Shown one piece after another: positions 37,158 to 46,786 of a DNA stretch of 60,938 bases. Made by a program: the position numbers and the translations under genes. Numbering within the stretch: position 1 is the stretch's first letter; every line of letters starts with the position of its first letter. Source of the DNA: Xanthobacteraceae bacterium (GTDB taxonomy: Bacteria; Pseudomonadota; Alphaproteobacteria; Rhizobiales; Xanthobacteraceae); assembly GCA_035552735.1 (NCBI GenBank), contig DASZKX010000008.1, positions 1 to 60,938 on the forward strand. The letters are read 5' to 3'. The notes under the pieces are model-generated. The model ran no database searches. It was given only the letters and a program-made list of their open reading frames with translations, and was not told where the DNA came from.

Positions 37158-38156
37158 TTGCCACAAATTGCCCTCAAAGTTTCCGCCGCCATTGCATGCG
37201 TCTGCTCGGCGGCCGCTGTCCTGACGCCGGAGGTTTGGGCGCAGGCCGACTGGAAGCCGGATCGCACCGTCGAGATTATCGTGGGGACGCCGCCGGGCAG
37301 CGGCTACGACAACGTGGCCCGCAAGCTGCAGGAGATCTGGCAGACCGGCAATCTGGTGGAGAAGCCGGTCACCGTCGTCAACAAGCCCGGCGGATTCAAC
37401 GCGGTCGGCAACGCCTATCTGAACCAGCATCCGGGCAACGGCAACTATGTCGCCATTACCGGCACCCTGCTGTTGTCCGACAATCTCTCGGGCAACACCG
37501 CGATGAGCTTCAAGGACTTCACGCCGCTCGCTGTGCTGCTCAACGAGGAGATCGTGTTCGCGGTCAATCCAGCCTCGCCGATCAAGACCGGCAAGGATTT
37601 CATCGATCGACTCAAGCAGGACCCCAGCTCGGTTTCGGTCGCCATTTCCGGGATCGGGGGGCAGAACCATATTGCGCTCGGGCTGGTGGCGCAGGCCGGC
37701 GGCGCCGATGCCTCAAGGCTGAAGGTGGTGGGCTTCCAGGGCGGCGCCGAGGCGGTGACGGCGGCGCTGGGCGGCCATGTGGATGCAACGGTTGGGCCAG
37801 CCTCGATCGTGGCGCCGCAGCTCGAGGCCGGCAAGCTTCGGGTCATCGGGGTGCCGTCCGAGCAGCGGCTCGGCGGCGTCTTTGCCCAGGTTCCGACCTG
37901 GCGCGAGCAGGGCGTTGACGCGGTCTTCTCCCAGTGGCGCGGCCTCCTCGGCCCCAAGGGCCTCACGCCGGCGCAGATCGCCTATTGGGACGGCGTGCTG
38001 GGCAAGACGGTGCAGACCAAGGACTGGAAGGAGCATGTCGAGCGGACCCAACTGACCTACCGCTATCTCGACAGCGGCCAAGCGAGCGATTTCGTCACCA
38101 GCCAGAACGAGACGGTGCGCGGGATTTTGACGAGCCTCGGCCTGATCAAGAAGTAG
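37158..38156 (+). CDS. Bug/TctC-like periplasmic substrate-binding protein
   Basis: TTG start with GGAGGAG RBS; signal peptide ...AAAVLTPEVWAQA; ...RTVEIIVGTPPGSGYDNVAR... Confidence 0.8.
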   Translation: MPQIALKVSAAIACVCSAAAVLTPEVWAQADWKPDRTVEIIVGTPPGSGYDNVARKLQEIWQTGNLVEKPVTVVNKPGGFNAVGNAYLNQHPGNGNYVAITGTLLLSDNLSGNTAMSFKDFTPLAVLLNEEIVFAVNPASPIKTGKDFIDRLKQDPSSVSVAISGIGGQNHIALGLVAQAGGADASRLKVVGFQGGAEAVTAALGGHVDATVGPASIVAPQLEAGKLRVIGVPSEQRLGGVFAQVPTWREQGVDAVFSQWRGLLGPKGLTPAQIAYWDGVLGKTVQTKDWKEHVERTQLTYRYLDSGQASDFVTSQNETVRGILTSLGLIKK

Positions 38157-38538
38157 CTGGATGTTGCGAGCAGCAGAAAAAGACCGCACAGCATTTTGCG
38201 ATGGTAGTCACACGTCCTGCCTCCAAGTCGGCCACGCTCACGATGTCGACGTCCCTGGCGGCGAGACAATCGACCGGAACTCGGCGGCAGTCGAGCTCAT
38301 GGGCGGACCATTCTGTGGCTGCCCCGTTTACTGGAATACCCGACCCCGAGTTGGTTCCGCGTCCGCGGCGGTGGCGGCTCGGAACTCCGGCCTTGGACGA
38401 TGGCGCTCGCCGACCGTCGGCATGATGGTCGAGCCGCTTACCGGCCTCGATCACGACGTGAAGCTCCAATGAGGGAATCGCGGCGCCCTGGCTCGGCGCA
38501 TTGAATATTCCCGGAACTTTCGCACGCCCGTCTCGATT

Positions 38539-39831
38539 ATGCAGACACTGTGTCGGGTCCGGCCGAACCCTGCGCCGGGGAACCGCCGCGTCCACTTGGC
38601 TCGAGCCGTCGAGGTCGCATTGTCGCAAGCTCTGAAGAATCCCCCCGACCAGGCCGATCCTGCCGTGGAGAAAGGCCCGGGCCCGCCGGCTGCGCTTAGC
38701 GATACCGAGAAGGCGCCCGATACCGAGCAGCGCGGAACTCGATCCGAAAGACGCGGAAAGTCGCCTGCGGACGGCGACCGCCTGCGAGACAAGACGCAAG
38801 CCTCCCTGCTTTCGAGTATCCGCCATCATCCTCTGGCCATTGTCATCGTCGCGACGGCGATGCTCATTTGCGCGGCCGTCACCCTGATCTGGTGGCTGAA
38901 CGCTCGCCACTACGAATCCACCGACGATGCCTTTATCGATGCACGCACGGTCTCGATCAGCTCGCAGGTCAACGGCGCGATCGTCGCGGTGCCGGTTACC
39001 GACAATCAAGCCGTGGAGACCAATACCCCGCTCGCGCGCATCGACGACCGCGACTATCGGGCTGCGCTCGATCAAGCCAACGCCCAAGTCGACCAAGCGG
39101 CCGCTGGCATCGCCAATCTGGATGCGCAGGTCGATGCCCAGTTGGCCAGAATCGATCAGGCCGCAAGGCAGGTCACCGAGGCTCAGGCTGCGTTGACCTT
39201 TTCCCAGGAGGAGGATGTGCGCGCCCAGGCCCTGCTCAAACGCGGCGCCGGCACGCAGCAGCAAGCGCAGCAAACCTCTTCCGATCTGCGTCAAAAGCAA
39301 GCCGCCCTGGACGGCGCGCAGGCCAATCTGGTGGCCGCCCAGAAGCAGGTCGACGTCTTAAAGACGCAACGGGAGATTTCCGCCGGCCAGTTGGAGCAGG
39401 CCAAGGCCACCCAAGCACAGGCCGAGGCCAATCTCGCCCGCACCGTCATCGCGGCCCCAGTGCCGGGCCGCGTCACCAAGCTCACCGCCGCGACCGGCGC
39501 TTACGCCCAAATCGGCCAGAGCTTGATGATGTTCGTTCCACGCGAAGTCTGGGTGACGGCGAATTTCAAAGAAACGCAGCTGGCCGACATGCGGCCCGGA
39601 CAGGGCGTCGATATCCACGTGGATGCATATCCGGATCATCCCTTCCGGGGCCATGTCGACAGCATCCAGAGCGGCAGCGGCGCCGCCTTCAGCCTGCTGC
39701 CGCCGGAGAATGCGACCGGCAATTATGTCAAAGTGGTGCAGCGGGTGCCAGTCAAGATCGTCTTTGATCAGCCGCCCGATGTTTATCTCGGCCCCGGCAT
39801 GTCAGTCGTGCCCGACGTCAAGGTGCGGTGA
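38539..39831 (+). CDS. HlyD/EmrA-family membrane fusion protein
   Basis: TM segment then ...YESTDDAFIDAR...SSQVNG.I..V.V.DNQ.V, a coiled-coil region, and ...NFKETQL...GQ.V.I.VDAYP...ATGNYVKVVQRVPV.I. Start uncertain: there is no internal Met before the TM, and a possible TTG lies near 38620. Confidence 0.85.
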   Translation: MQTLCRVRPNPAPGNRRVHLARAVEVALSQALKNPPDQADPAVEKGPGPPAALSDTEKAPDTEQRGTRSERRGKSPADGDRLRDKTQASLLSSIRHHPLAIVIVATAMLICAAVTLIWWLNARHYESTDDAFIDARTVSISSQVNGAIVAVPVTDNQAVETNTPLARIDDRDYRAALDQANAQVDQAAAGIANLDAQVDAQLARIDQAARQVTEAQAALTFSQEEDVRAQALLKRGAGTQQQAQQTSSDLRQKQAALDGAQANLVAAQKQVDVLKTQREISAGQLEQAKATQAQAEANLARTVIAAPVPGRVTKLTAATGAYAQIGQSLMMFVPREVWVTANFKETQLADMRPGQGVDIHVDAYPDHPFRGHVDSIQSGSGAAFSLLPPENATGNYVKVVQRVPVKIVFDQPPDVYLGPGMSVVPDVKVR

Positions 39832-40124
39832 GCGCGGCCGCCGACGACGGCTGAGTGTCGTGTCAGCGCGTTCCCGAAGGCCCTCTCCAAACGAGTTCGA
39901 CCGGCGATCGTTCCTTGCCCCGGGACGAAAATGCGCATCGACCGCGAGTCTCTCCATTTTACGGCACTGCGCGAGAGCGCCCGCGCGTGCGGCGGGACCT
40001 CGGCACGGACTTTCGGCGCGGAACATCACACTGCCTCGGGCGTTTGCATTGATCGTTTCCGCCGCCCGTCGCGACCGGAGCCGGCGGTCGATCCGCGGAC
40101 ATACCACCCGGCAAGGTCCTTCGA

Positions 40125-41759
40125 ATGGCCGGCGATTCAGATAAGGCTCAAACAAATGCCCGGCGCGAGCGCGCAGAGGATCTGCCCCGTTCGGCGGCGG
40201 GCGGTCGCAACCCCTGGCTGATCGCCGTCATCGTATCGCTCGCCACCTTCATGCTGGTGCTGGACACGTCCATCGCCAACGTGGCATTGCGCAACATCGC
40301 CGGCAGCCTGGCGGCCGGGGTCGACGAGAGCACCTGGGTCATCACCACCTATCTGGTCGCCAACTCGATCGTTCTGCCGGTGAGCGGTTGGCTCGCGAAC
40401 GTGATCGGGCGGAAACGCTATTACATGATCTGCGTCGCCACTTTCACGGCGGCATCGCTGCTGTGTGGGCTGGCCACCAACCTGCCGATGCTGATCGTGT
40501 TCCGCATCCTGCAGGGACTCGGCGGCGGCGGCATGGCGCCCAGCGAGCAGGCCATCCTGGCCGACACCTTCCCACCCGCCAAACGGGCCCAGGCCTTCGC
40601 CCTCTATGGCATCGCCGTGCTGGTCGCTCCAACCATCGGTCCGACGCTGGGCGGCTGGCTCACCGACAACTACTCATGGCACTGGATCTTCTTCATCAAC
40701 GTACCGATCGGAATCCTGTCGCTGGTCCTGGTGCAATGGCTCCTGGTCGAGCCGCCGGCGCTCGAAGACGAGCGCAAGGAGCTTCTGCGCGACGGCATCA
40801 GGGTCGATTGGATCGGCTTCGTCCTGGTCGCCTGCGCGCTCGGCTGCCTCGAGATCGTGCTCGACCGGGGCCAGCGGGAGGACTGGTTCCAGTCGAGCTT
40901 CATCGTCACCTTTGCGCTCGTATCGGCGGTCTCCATCGCCCTGTTCGTGCCGTGGGAATGCTTTCGGCCGGATCCGATCGTCGACGTTCGCCTCCTGTTT
41001 CAGCGCCAGTTCGGCCTCTCCTTCCTGGTGATGACCGCCGTCGGCGCCATTTTGTTCAGCTCGCTCCAGCTGCTGCCGCAACTGACGCAGACCAACTTCC
41101 AATATACGGCGGAGCTGTCGGGCTTGGCGTTGATGCCGGGCGGCCTGGCGATGATCGTCGCGATGCCGATCGCGGGCCAGCTCACCAACCTCATGCAGCC
41201 GAGATATTGGCTCGCGCTCGGAATGGCGGTGGTCGCGGTCGCGACCTGGCACATGACATCGCTCGCCCCGACGGCGAATTTCGGATTTTTCGTCTGGACC
41301 CGTGTTTGGCAGATCATCGCGCTGCCCTTCCTGTTCCTCCCTATCAATACCATCGCCTATTCCAACCTGCGGCCGGGCGAAACCGGGCAGGCTTCAGCCC
41401 TCATCAACGTGGCCCGCAATCTCGGCGGCAGCATCGGGGTCTCGCTCACCACCACCGAGCTCGCGCAACGCACGCAGTTTCATCAGTCTCGGCTGGTAGA
41501 GAACATCATTCCGTCAGCGCTCAATTACCAGGAGGGGGTTGCCCGCATCAGCCAATACTTTCTGGCCCAAGGTACCCCTCGCGCCAGTGCTCAGCAGTTG
41601 GCGATCGCTTGGATAGACCAGCTCATCGGCAACCAGGCGATGTTGCTGGCCTATATCGACGTGTTCTGGGCGACGGCCGTTTTTGCGCTATTCATGATTC
41701 CGGTGGCGCTGTTGCTGCGCCGGATCGATCTCAGCGCTCCCAGGCCGGCAATACATTAG
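40125..41759 (+). CDS. DHA2-family MFS efflux transporter (EmrB/QacA-like, 14 TM)
   Basis: ...FMLVLDTSIANVAL..., ...LPVSGWLANVIGRKR..., ...GPTLGGWLTDN.SWHWIFFINVPIG... Confidence 0.9.
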   Translation: MAGDSDKAQTNARRERAEDLPRSAAGGRNPWLIAVIVSLATFMLVLDTSIANVALRNIAGSLAAGVDESTWVITTYLVANSIVLPVSGWLANVIGRKRYYMICVATFTAASLLCGLATNLPMLIVFRILQGLGGGGMAPSEQAILADTFPPAKRAQAFALYGIAVLVAPTIGPTLGGWLTDNYSWHWIFFINVPIGILSLVLVQWLLVEPPALEDERKELLRDGIRVDWIGFVLVACALGCLEIVLDRGQREDWFQSSFIVTFALVSAVSIALFVPWECFRPDPIVDVRLLFQRQFGLSFLVMTAVGAILFSSLQLLPQLTQTNFQYTAELSGLALMPGGLAMIVAMPIAGQLTNLMQPRYWLALGMAVVAVATWHMTSLAPTANFGFFVWTRVWQIIALPFLFLPINTIAYSNLRPGETGQASALINVARNLGGSIGVSLTTTELAQRTQFHQSRLVENIIPSALNYQEGVARISQYFLAQGTPRASAQQLAIAWIDQLIGNQAMLLAYIDVFWATAVFALFMIPVALLLRRIDLSAPRPAIH

Positions 41760-41791
41760 CGGAACCCTCGCGCCGCTCCCTGCAAATCAAG

Positions 41792-42742
41792 TTACCTCGC
41801 ATGCTTGGCCAGGAAACCCAGCAGCGCGCCGTTGAAGATGTCGGGCTGCTCCCAGTAGGTGGAATGTCCGGCCTCGGGAGCGATCAACATTTCGCTGCCC
41901 ACCATGTGTCGCGCCACCATGCGCAGGATCGATGGCGGGTTGACGAGATCGGCATCGCCGGTGATCAAAAGCGTCGGCACCTTCATGGCTTCGACCCTGG
42001 CGGTGGTGATCTTGTTGGCGACCCCTTGCCGGAAATCTCCTCCGGTCACCGCCTTGCGGGCGAGCTCGGTCCAAATCCGGGCGCCTTCGGGATTGGCCGC
42101 CCGGTAGGAGGGTCCGAGCTCGCGAAACTCGACCGGCATGTCGTCAAAGCCCTTGGTCCTGATGCTGACGACGGCTTTGGCGATCTCGCCGTCCCGCACC
42201 CCGGCCGCGTTGTCGGCGAGCGTGAGGCTCAAAAGCCGGTCCGGATGCGAGAGTGCGTAGTCGACCGCGACGGTGCCGCCGGCCGCGGAGCCCAGCAAGT
42301 GAAACTTCGTAAGGCCAAGAAATTCGATCAAGCCGTGCAGGTCGACGGACCCGATTCCAGGCTGGACCTTGGCTATAGGGTCCGAGTTGAAATAGCTGCG
42401 CCGCGAATAGGCGATGACGCGGTAGCCGGCCTTGACCAGGGCCGGCTGTTGATAGCCCCAGATCAATCCGCTGCCGCTCGCCGGATGCAGCAGCACCACC
42501 GGCGTCCCCTCCCCGCCTGTGTCCCAGTACCAGAGATGCGTATCGGCGATCGCGGCGAGCCCTTCGCGGGCTGGAGCTTGTGGCGGCACCACGGCGTTCG
42601 CGGTGCTTTGGCTCATTGCCGGCTGCGCGCTGCCGGCCAAGAGCAACGCACAAACGAACAGAAACGGGAGGCTGGCCGTGACATGCTGGGTGTGGGGCGT
42701 GCTTCGCGTCGCGCAAACGGAACCATGGTCCTGGTCCATCAC
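41792..42742 (-). CDS. Secreted alpha/beta-fold hydrolase-family protein with an atypical nucleophile elbow
   Basis: Signal peptide, ...PVVLLHPASGS..., elbow HLLGSAAGG (42275..42292), ...GDADLV..., ...EAGHSTYWEQP. Confidence 0.85.
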   Translation of the reverse strand: MMDQDHGSVCATRSTPHTQHVTASLPFLFVCALLLAGSAQPAMSQSTANAVVPPQAPAREGLAAIADTHLWYWDTGGEGTPVVLLHPASGSGLIWGYQQPALVKAGYRVIAYSRRSYFNSDPIAKVQPGIGSVDLHGLIEFLGLTKFHLLGSAAGGTVAVDYALSHPDRLLSLTLADNAAGVRDGEIAKAVVSIRTKGFDDMPVEFRELGPSYRAANPEGARIWTELARKAVTGGDFRQGVANKITTARVEAMKVPTLLITGDADLVNPPSILRMVARHMVGSEMLIAPEAGHSTYWEQPDIFNGALLGFLAKHAR

Positions 42743-42879
42743 GTTCCTCCCTCAGGTTGACAGCATCGGAAAATGCAATAGCCTTCCTGATATTCGCAAC
42801 GAATGTGCCCGCTTCGCAAGCGCAAGTCTCCGGCGGCTCGCGCCGAGACGGACGCGGCCGGGCAGCCGGGTTCTGTTCC

Positions 42880-43935
42880 ATGAACTTTCGTGCGGCCCTT
42901 TGGTCTTTTCTTGCGCTCTGCGTAACGGCGCCGGCGCTCGCGGCGCCGAACACGGTGAGCGAGATCGCCAATTATGCGGGCGCCGACCGGCAGCAAATTC
43001 TCGAGGATGGCGCCCGCCGTGAAGGCGCCTTGATGCTGTACGCGACCGGCACGCAAATCCAGCCGCTGCTTGATCGGTTCATGCAGAAATATCCCTTCAT
43101 CAAGGTCGCGATGCCGCGGGCCTCCTCGATCGACGTGACCCGCAAGGTCATCGAGGAATACGGCGCCGGCCTTTATCAGGTCGATGCCTACGAGCTCTCC
43201 TCCTACGGCCTGGTGGTGCCGCGCGAGCAAGGGCTGCTGCAGCCGTTCTCATCGCCCGAGCTGGCGGACTACGAGCAGAGCACGATCGAGCCCGCCCACA
43301 ACTGGGTCAGCGTGCGGGAGAGCTATCTGGGCATCGGCTACAACACCCAGAAAATCAGCGCGCGGGATGCGCCCAAGTCCTACCAGGACCTCCTGGATCC
43401 GAGGTGGAAGGGCAAGATGGCGATCTCCGGATCGCTGTCGACCTCGGCCAACTGGGTCGGCGCCATGGTGATCGCGCTCGGCGTCGATTATGTCAGAAAG
43501 CTCGGGCAGCAGGACATCCGGATCTATGAGCTCACCGGCCGCGCGCTCGCCAACCTGACCATTTCGGGCGAGGTGCCACTCTCCCCCACGATCTACAATT
43601 CGCACGTGGAGGCAAGCCGCGCCCAGGGAGCGCCGATCGCCTGGAACGTGCCGGGCCCCGTGCCGGTGACCGACACCGCGACCGCGCTGGCGCTCAGGGC
43701 CCCGCACCCGCACGCCGCCATGCTGCTCATCGATTTCCTCCTGTCGAAGGAAGGCCAGGCGATCTACCGCGATCTCGGCTACGTGCCGTCGCGCAACGGC
43801 ATGGCCCCGAAGGATCTGCCGGCTCTGCAGAAACTCTATCTCACCAACCGGCCCAATTACGTCCAGGAGTTCGAGCAATGGGCCGCGCTGGTGCGTGAGA
43901 CCATCTTCAAGGGCGGCAAAGTTTCGCACAACTGA
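42880..43935 (+). CDS. ABC-transporter periplasmic substrate-binding protein (PBP2, iron/polyamine-type family), orphan
   Basis: Start moved to MNFRAALWSFLALCVTAPALAA. No cognate permease or ATPase lies adjacent. Confidence 0.8.
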   Translation: MNFRAALWSFLALCVTAPALAAPNTVSEIANYAGADRQQILEDGARREGALMLYATGTQIQPLLDRFMQKYPFIKVAMPRASSIDVTRKVIEEYGAGLYQVDAYELSSYGLVVPREQGLLQPFSSPELADYEQSTIEPAHNWVSVRESYLGIGYNTQKISARDAPKSYQDLLDPRWKGKMAISGSLSTSANWVGAMVIALGVDYVRKLGQQDIRIYELTGRALANLTISGEVPLSPTIYNSHVEASRAQGAPIAWNVPGPVPVTDTATALALRAPHPHAAMLLIDFLLSKEGQAIYRDLGYVPSRNGMAPKDLPALQKLYLTNRPNYVQEFEQWAALVRETIFKGGKVSHN

Positions 43936-43973
43936 TCAGTCCCCGCCTGCGCGGGCTATCATCCGAGGCATTC

Positions 43974-44714
43974 ATGTTCGAAGACTATCTGCCCAAGCAT
44001 AAGATCGGCTGCCTCTCTCCGCTCGCGGTGGTAGAGAACGCGGCCTACGAATTCTACCGGCTGGCGCCGCCCGGCCTGATGCTGGTCCTGGTTTCGGTCG
44101 GCCTGTCGGAATTCTCGCGCGCAGACGTGGAGCGCGTGTTCGCGCCGCTCGATAGCTACCTGGACATGCTGCAAGAACGCGACGTCGACCTGGTGATGCA
44201 GAACGGCGTGCCGCTGCCGCTCCTGATCGGCATCGAGGCGCACGACCGCATGATCGCCCATATGGCGCAATATACCGGCCTGCCCGCCACCTCGACGGTG
44301 CTCGCGGTCGGCCGCGCGGCGCGCCAGCTCGGCCTCAAGAACGTGGCGCTGGTCAACAAGTGGTCCGACGAGATGAACCGCACGCTCGGCGACTTCCTGG
44401 GGCGCGAGGGTGTCGGTGTCTGCGGCGTCGCCAACAAATCGCTGAAACCCGCCGAGTTCGTGAAGATCGGCACGCAGGACCAGATGCAGCTCGCCTATGA
44501 TCTCGGCCGGCGCGCGTTCCTGGAAAATCCGGCTTGTGACGGTGTCTATGTCGGGGGCGGCACCTGGCTTTCGGAACCGGTCGCGGGGGTGCTGGAGCGG
44601 GAGTTCGGCAAGCCGGTCATCTGCAACCAGGCGGCGATGATTCGGGATATCCTGCACATTCTCGGCGATTGGAAGCCGATCCAGGGTCACAGCCGGGTTC
44701 TGGCGGCGGCGTAG
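43974..44714 (+). CDS. Asp/Glu-racemase-superfamily protein (maleate isomerase / arylmalonate decarboxylase-like)
   Basis: HKIGCLSPLAVVEN.., ...NVALVNKWSDE..., ...GVYVGGGTW..., ...PVICNQAAM. Family resemblance is from memory. Confidence 0.7.
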   Translation: MFEDYLPKHKIGCLSPLAVVENAAYEFYRLAPPGLMLVLVSVGLSEFSRADVERVFAPLDSYLDMLQERDVDLVMQNGVPLPLLIGIEAHDRMIAHMAQYTGLPATSTVLAVGRAARQLGLKNVALVNKWSDEMNRTLGDFLGREGVGVCGVANKSLKPAEFVKIGTQDQMQLAYDLGRRAFLENPACDGVYVGGGTWLSEPVAGVLEREFGKPVICNQAAMIRDILHILGDWKPIQGHSRVLAAA

Positions 44715-44750
44715 AAGCCGTATTCTGCGGCCCAGAAGCCGAATTCCCGT

Positions 44751-44843
44751 GTCATCGCCGGGCTTGTCCCGGCGACCCGATAAGGAGCGCACTGCCATCC
44801 TGACCGAGATGGCCGGAACAAGTCGAACAAGTCCGGCCATGAC
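44751..44843. repeat. REP-type element (family A variant, two hairpins)
   Basis: tcgccggg-cttgt-cccggcga hairpin, and atggccgga...tccggccat hairpin ending in ...ggccatgac. Confidence 0.7.
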
Positions 44844-44878
44844 AATGAAAGTCAAGGTGCTCGAGGGAGGAACCAACA

Positions 44879-45715
44879 ATGCGTCTTCGATCCTTGATCG
44901 GCGCGCTCGCGCTCATGGCGGGCGTCAACGTCGTGGTGTCCGACGCGCTCGCGTTCGACGAGACCAAATATCCGCAATGGCGCGGTCAGTGGCGGCGGAT
45001 CGGCGGCATCCAGTGGGACCCGAGCAAGCAGCTCGGCCGTGACGAGCGGCCGCCGCTCAAGCCGCAATACCAGGCGCTGTTCGAGGCGAGCCTCGCCGAC
45101 CAGGCCGCCGGCGGCCAGGGCAACGACCCGACCTTCACCTGCATTCCGCCCGGCATGCCGCGCGCCATGACGGTGGTGTTTCCCATGGAGATCATCATCA
45201 TGCCGGACACCATCTACATGATTATCGAATACGACAATCAGGTTCGCCGCATCTATACGGACGGGCGCGTCTGGCCCAAGGACGTCGAGCCGGCTTTCGC
45301 CGGCTATTCGATCGGCCAATGGACCGATGCGGACGCGCAAGGCCGCTTCAACACCCTCGAGGTCGAGACCCGCGGTTTCAAGGGGCCGCGCTCCTTCGAC
45401 GCCAGCGGCATCCCGCTGCACGAGGACAATCAAACCGTCGTCAAGGAGCGCATCTATCTCGACAAGGCCAACAACGACCTCCTGCACGACGAGGTCACCA
45501 CCATCGACAATGCCCTGACGCATCCCTGGACGGTGCTCAAGACCTATCGGCGCGAGCGCGATCCGGTCTGGTTCGACTACAACTGTCCGGAAGGCAACCA
45601 CCACGTCCGTATCGGCAAGGAGAACTATTACGTCAGCGAGGACGGCGCCTTGTGGCCGGCCAAGAAGGGGCAGGCTCCGCCGCAGCTGAAGTATTTCGAT
45701 CCGAAAAAGGATTGA
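44879..45715 (+). CDS. Secreted conserved hypothetical protein
   Basis: Signal MRLRSLIGALALMAGVNVVVSDALA. 278 aa with protein-like composition. I recognise no family. Confidence 0.7.
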   Translation: MRLRSLIGALALMAGVNVVVSDALAFDETKYPQWRGQWRRIGGIQWDPSKQLGRDERPPLKPQYQALFEASLADQAAGGQGNDPTFTCIPPGMPRAMTVVFPMEIIIMPDTIYMIIEYDNQVRRIYTDGRVWPKDVEPAFAGYSIGQWTDADAQGRFNTLEVETRGFKGPRSFDASGIPLHEDNQTVVKERIYLDKANNDLLHDEVTTIDNALTHPWTVLKTYRRERDPVWFDYNCPEGNHHVRIGKENYYVSEDGALWPAKKGQAPPQLKYFDPKKD

Positions 45716-45748
45716 GGCTGAAGCCGACTCGGTTGCTGCAGCGCGGTC

Positions 45749-45780
45749 CCATTGTAAAGAACAATGGATTTTCGTTGTTG
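45749..45780 (+). terminator. Weak candidate terminator
   Basis: ccattgt-aaaga-acaatgg followed by attttcgttgttgtt. The stem is AT-rich. Confidence 0.35.
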
Positions 45781-45844
45781 TTCGGGTTGGAGGGCGGGCG
45801 CCGGCGGGGCGGCTGTACCGACGGAAAACCACCAGCACGGTGGG

Positions 45845-45974
45845 CGTAGGGCGCAATCGCTTGATTGCGCCATCAGCCTCGCCGAGCGGCGCAATAAAGC
45901 GATTGCGCCCTACGAGCCGACCCGAGACATAAGGGCGTTTACGCCCGTCTTCGCGGGCTATGCCCGACAATGAC
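45845..45974. repeat. Composite REP region (two gcgcaat...attgcgc hairpins plus a family-B module)
   Basis: gcgcaatc-gctt-gattgcgc (45851..45870); ggcgcaat-aaagcg-attgcgcc (45888..45909); gacataagggcgtttacgc + ccgtcttcgcgggctatgcc. Confidence 0.65.
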
Positions 45975-46243
45975 AATCGAGGCGCAATTCTCCAGTTTCA
46001 ATTTCCCGAATAAGCTGAGTTGGGGAGGCCCGTCAAGAGCCGGCTCTCGGCCTTGCACTCCGCCGCAATTGCGGAACATCGTATTTGGCGCGGGTCCCCG
46101 GATGACGCTCTCGCCAGCCCATGTTCGCCGCACACACTGCCCGGCTTGGTCAACCTCGTGCGAAAACCCACGACCTGTGATATTTTACGCCCCTGAAGAA
46201 CCGGTGCCATTCCGGGGAGGCATCCGCTCGATCGAGGCATCCC

Positions 46244-46642
46244 ATGAGACGCGCGCTGACGAGCGTATCAATGATTGCGATGGCTGCCGCGGCCTTGGCG
46301 TTTTCGCCATCGGCCGAAGCCGGCGCGGCGTTCTCGTGCGATCCGACGTTCGAGGCCCGGGCGCAGAGCGGCGGCATCGATCCCGAGCTCAAGACCTGGA
46401 TCGTCGATACCGCCCGGCGCTTCTATCAGGATCGCTCGCGGGATTTCGAGGCCAAGATGCGCGACGCCTGCGCGCAGCTCGGCTGCGTCAGCGATGAGGA
46501 CATCGTCATCAAGGTCGCCAAGCAATGCACCCGAACGCCCTCGCAGACGCTCGAGCTCGCGGTGCAGAGATCGCTGCGCGACATCATCTCGCCCGCGATC
46601 GGTTGCGACGCCCGCTGCGCCATGCGGCTCGGCGCGCAGTAG
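46244..46642 (+). CDS. Small secreted Cys-containing hypothetical protein
   Basis: Signal MRRALTSVSMIAMAAAALAFSPSAEA. The mature part has six Cys residues. Confidence 0.55.
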   Translation: MRRALTSVSMIAMAAAALAFSPSAEAGAAFSCDPTFEARAQSGGIDPELKTWIVDTARRFYQDRSRDFEAKMRDACAQLGCVSDEDIVIKVAKQCTRTPSQTLELAVQRSLRDIISPAIGCDARCAMRLGAQ

Positions 46643-46786
46643 GGGATGTTGCGCATTCGAGACTCACGCAGGGCGGCGACGGCAGCCTGATTGGCACCCG
46701 TATCGATCGCCAAGCCTCTGCCGCCATTAGCGCGGTTGAAGGTATCCGACTTACCTTGGAAATGAGACGGCGTCACCTCACCGACC

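Noticed and set aside
38161-38472. 103-aa ORF in the spacer upstream of the membrane-fusion gene, considered as a possible missing regulator
   Set aside because: There is no HTH-like or other recognisable motif, no RBS, and the composition is poor. It could at most be a decayed remnant.
40388-42760. 790-aa ORF spanning the MFS pump gene and the antisense of the alpha/beta hydrolase gene
   Set aside because: It is out of frame with the recognisable EmrB-like protein (40125..41759), and its composition is Arg/Pro/Gly-dominated.
46013-46030. Shared 12-mer gctgagttgggg at about 46015 and about 56049 as a possible regulatory motif
   Set aside because: Roughly a hundred chance 12-mer coincidences are expected in 61 kb, and the flanks do not align.
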